Source: Alphaproteobacteria bacterium (GTDB lineage: Bacteria; Pseudomonadota; Alphaproteobacteria; UBA828). Taken from it: a stretch of 64,000 bases of DNA. How positions within the stretch are numbered: position 1 is the first letter of the stretch; each line of letters begins with the position of its first letter. This document shows, piece after piece, positions 62,481 to 64,000 of this stretch. The position numbers were made by a program, and so were the translations under genes. Below the pieces are notes generated by a model, which saw only the letters and a list, made by a program, of their open reading frames with translations, ran no database searches and was not told the origin of the DNA. The stretch covers positions 64,001 through 128,000 of the forward strand of contig CBDCQT010000007.1 of NCBI GenBank assembly GCA_965220745.1, written 5' to 3'.

Positions 62481-62995
62481 TGGGCGACTGGCTGCAATGG
62501 GCCGACCGCTCTGTGCGCGGCGCGATCCCGGTGACTGTCACGGTGATGCTCGTTTTCGCGGCGTCGCTCCCCTGGCGGCTGCCGGCGTTCGTCGAGGTCA
62601 CGCCGGCTTTCGCCGTGATGGCGATCTTCTACTGGACCATCTACCGGCCCGAGCGTTTCCCCTACGTGGCGACCTTCGGCATCGGCGTGCTTCAAGACCT
62701 GCTCGCCGCAACGCCGCTCGGCATGACGGCGCTGGTGCTGCTCATCGTTCAGGGAGTGGTCGCCTCGCAACGCACGTTCTTCCGCGGCAAGCCGTTTCTC
62801 GTCGTCTGGTGGGGCTTCTCCCTGGTCATGCCGGCGGTCGGGCTGCTCAGCTGGATCATCAGCTCCGCCTGCTTCGGCGTGCTGGTCCCGCCGCTGCCAA
62901 TCGTCGTGCAGGTCGTGCTGACGATGCTGCTCTTCCCGATATTCGTGCTGTTCTTCCGTCCCCTCGGCGTGCTCGCCGCCGCGCGGCCTGAGTGA
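62480..62995 (+). CDS. mreD: rod shape-determining protein MreD
   Basis: Polytopic; YWTIYRP, GVLQDLL..TPLG; TAATG coupling with mreC. Confidence 0.9.
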   Translation: MGDWLQWADRSVRGAIPVTVTVMLVFAASLPWRLPAFVEVTPAFAVMAIFYWTIYRPERFPYVATFGIGVLQDLLAATPLGMTALVLLIVQGVVASQRTFFRGKPFLVVWWGFSLVMPAVGLLSWIISSACFGVLVPPLPIVVQVVLTMLLFPIFVLFFRPLGVLAAARPE

Positions 62996-62996
62996 G

Positions 62997-64000
62997 ATGC
63001 GGGGCGAAACGGGACGCGCCAACATTTTCACGCGCCGCGCGATCATCGTGGGCGGCGCGCAGGCGCTTCTTACGGCCGGCCTCGCCGGGCGCCTCTATCA
63101 GCTTCAGGTCGTGGATTCTGAGCGCTATCAGGTTCTCGCCGACGAGAACCGCATCAACATGCAGCTTCTGCCGCCGGCGCGAGGCCGCATCTTCGACCGC
63201 TTCGGCCAGGTGCTTGCGGAGAACCGGCTGAATTATCGGCTGGTCGTTGTTCCCGAGGCGGCGCTGAATCTCGACAAGGCGCTAGACGAAATTGCGGCGC
63301 TGGTGCCGATCGAGGATCACGACCGCGAGCGGGTCCTGCGCGAGGCCAAGCGCAAGCAGAGATTCGTCCCCATCACGGTCCGCGAGAACCTGACGTGGGA
63401 CGAGGTCTCGCAAATCGAGGTCAACGCGCCAGACTTGCCCGGCGTAATGATCGACGTGGGCAGCCGCCGCCTCTACGCCTTCGGCCGCGATACGGTCCAC
63501 ATCGTCGGCTACGTCGGTGCCGTCAACGAATCCGATTTGGAGCGGACGGACGATCCGCTGCTCACGCTGCCCGACTTCCGCATCGGCAAGAATGGCGCCG
63601 AGAGGGTTCTGGAAAGCTCGCTGCGGGGCGAGGCCGGCTCCCGGCAGGTCGAGGTAAACGCCTACGGCCGCGTCATCCGCGAACTCAGCCGCAGGACCGG
63701 CCGGCCGGGCGACGACCACATGCTGACCATCGACCTCGGGCTTCAGCAGTACGTCGCGGCCCGCTTCGGCGAGGAGAGCGGATCGGCCGTGGTCCTCGAC
63801 GTCCATTCGGGCGAGATCCTGGCGCTGGCGTCGATGCCGAACTACGACCCCAACCTCTTCACTTCCGGCATCAGCCAACGGCAATGGCGGGAGCTGATCG
63901 GCCATCCGCGCTTCCCGCTCAGCAACAAGTCGATCGCCGGCCAGTATTCGCCGGGCTCCACATTCAAGATGATCGTGGCGCTGGCTGCGCTCGAAAGCGG
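62997..64000 (+). CDS. mrdA: penicillin-binding protein 2 (5' part, runs off the window)
   Basis: MRGETGRANIFTRRA, LYQLQV, PARGRIFDR, GYVG, LTIDLGLQ, YSPGSTFK (SxxK). Not in the ORF track. Confidence 0.93.
   Translation, partial: MRGETGRANIFTRRAIIVGGAQALLTAGLAGRLYQLQVVDSERYQVLADENRINMQLLPPARGRIFDRFGQVLAENRLNYRLVVVPEAALNLDKALDEIAALVPIEDHDRERVLREAKRKQRFVPITVRENLTWDEVSQIEVNAPDLPGVMIDVGSRRLYAFGRDTVHIVGYVGAVNESDLERTDDPLLTLPDFRIGKNGAERVLESSLRGEAGSRQVEVNAYGRVIRELSRRTGRPGDDHMLTIDLGLQQYVAARFGEESGSAVVLDVHSGEILALASMPNYDPNLFTSGISQRQWRELIGHPRFPLSNKSIAGQYSPGSTFKMIVALAALES

Overview
GC-rich chromosomal segment of an alphaproteobacterium. The permuted two-piece tmRNA, alpha-type SspB, and the gene orders glyQ-glyS-ppdK, rpmH-rnpA-yidD-yidC-engB-argB, hflKC-miaA-ilvBNC and leuA-mreBCD-mrdA point to this class and look Rhodospirillales-like. 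The first ~27 kb is accessory metabolism with no regulator genes: a B12-radical SAM protein, two CaiC-like CoA ligases, a CoA transferase, gabD, an orphan 2Fe-2S reductase, a flavin oxidoreductase / EamA / 2OG-Fe dioxygenase / EamA unit, several hydrolases, and a GT2 + DUF2064 pair. The rest is mostly core genes. Most notable: (1) an intact IS4-family element (18-bp IRs, 9-bp target duplication) inserted into the hairpin of a palindromic REP-like repeat between glyS and ppdK; (2) a DUF1015 gene where serB usually precedes miaA; (3) a 930-aa YidC with a ~345-aa charge-blocked C-terminal tail; (4) a leuA leader with a Leu-containing peptide, an anti-SD helix and a second coupled uORF; (5) a ~34-aa insert in ThyX; (6) a small membrane-anchored coiled-coil repeat protein. 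rpmH, a 50-aa membrane protein and two truncated genes were read by hand because the ORF track misses them. No CRISPR array, prophage, rRNA or tRNA was seen. All product calls come from motif recognition by eye; no database search was run.
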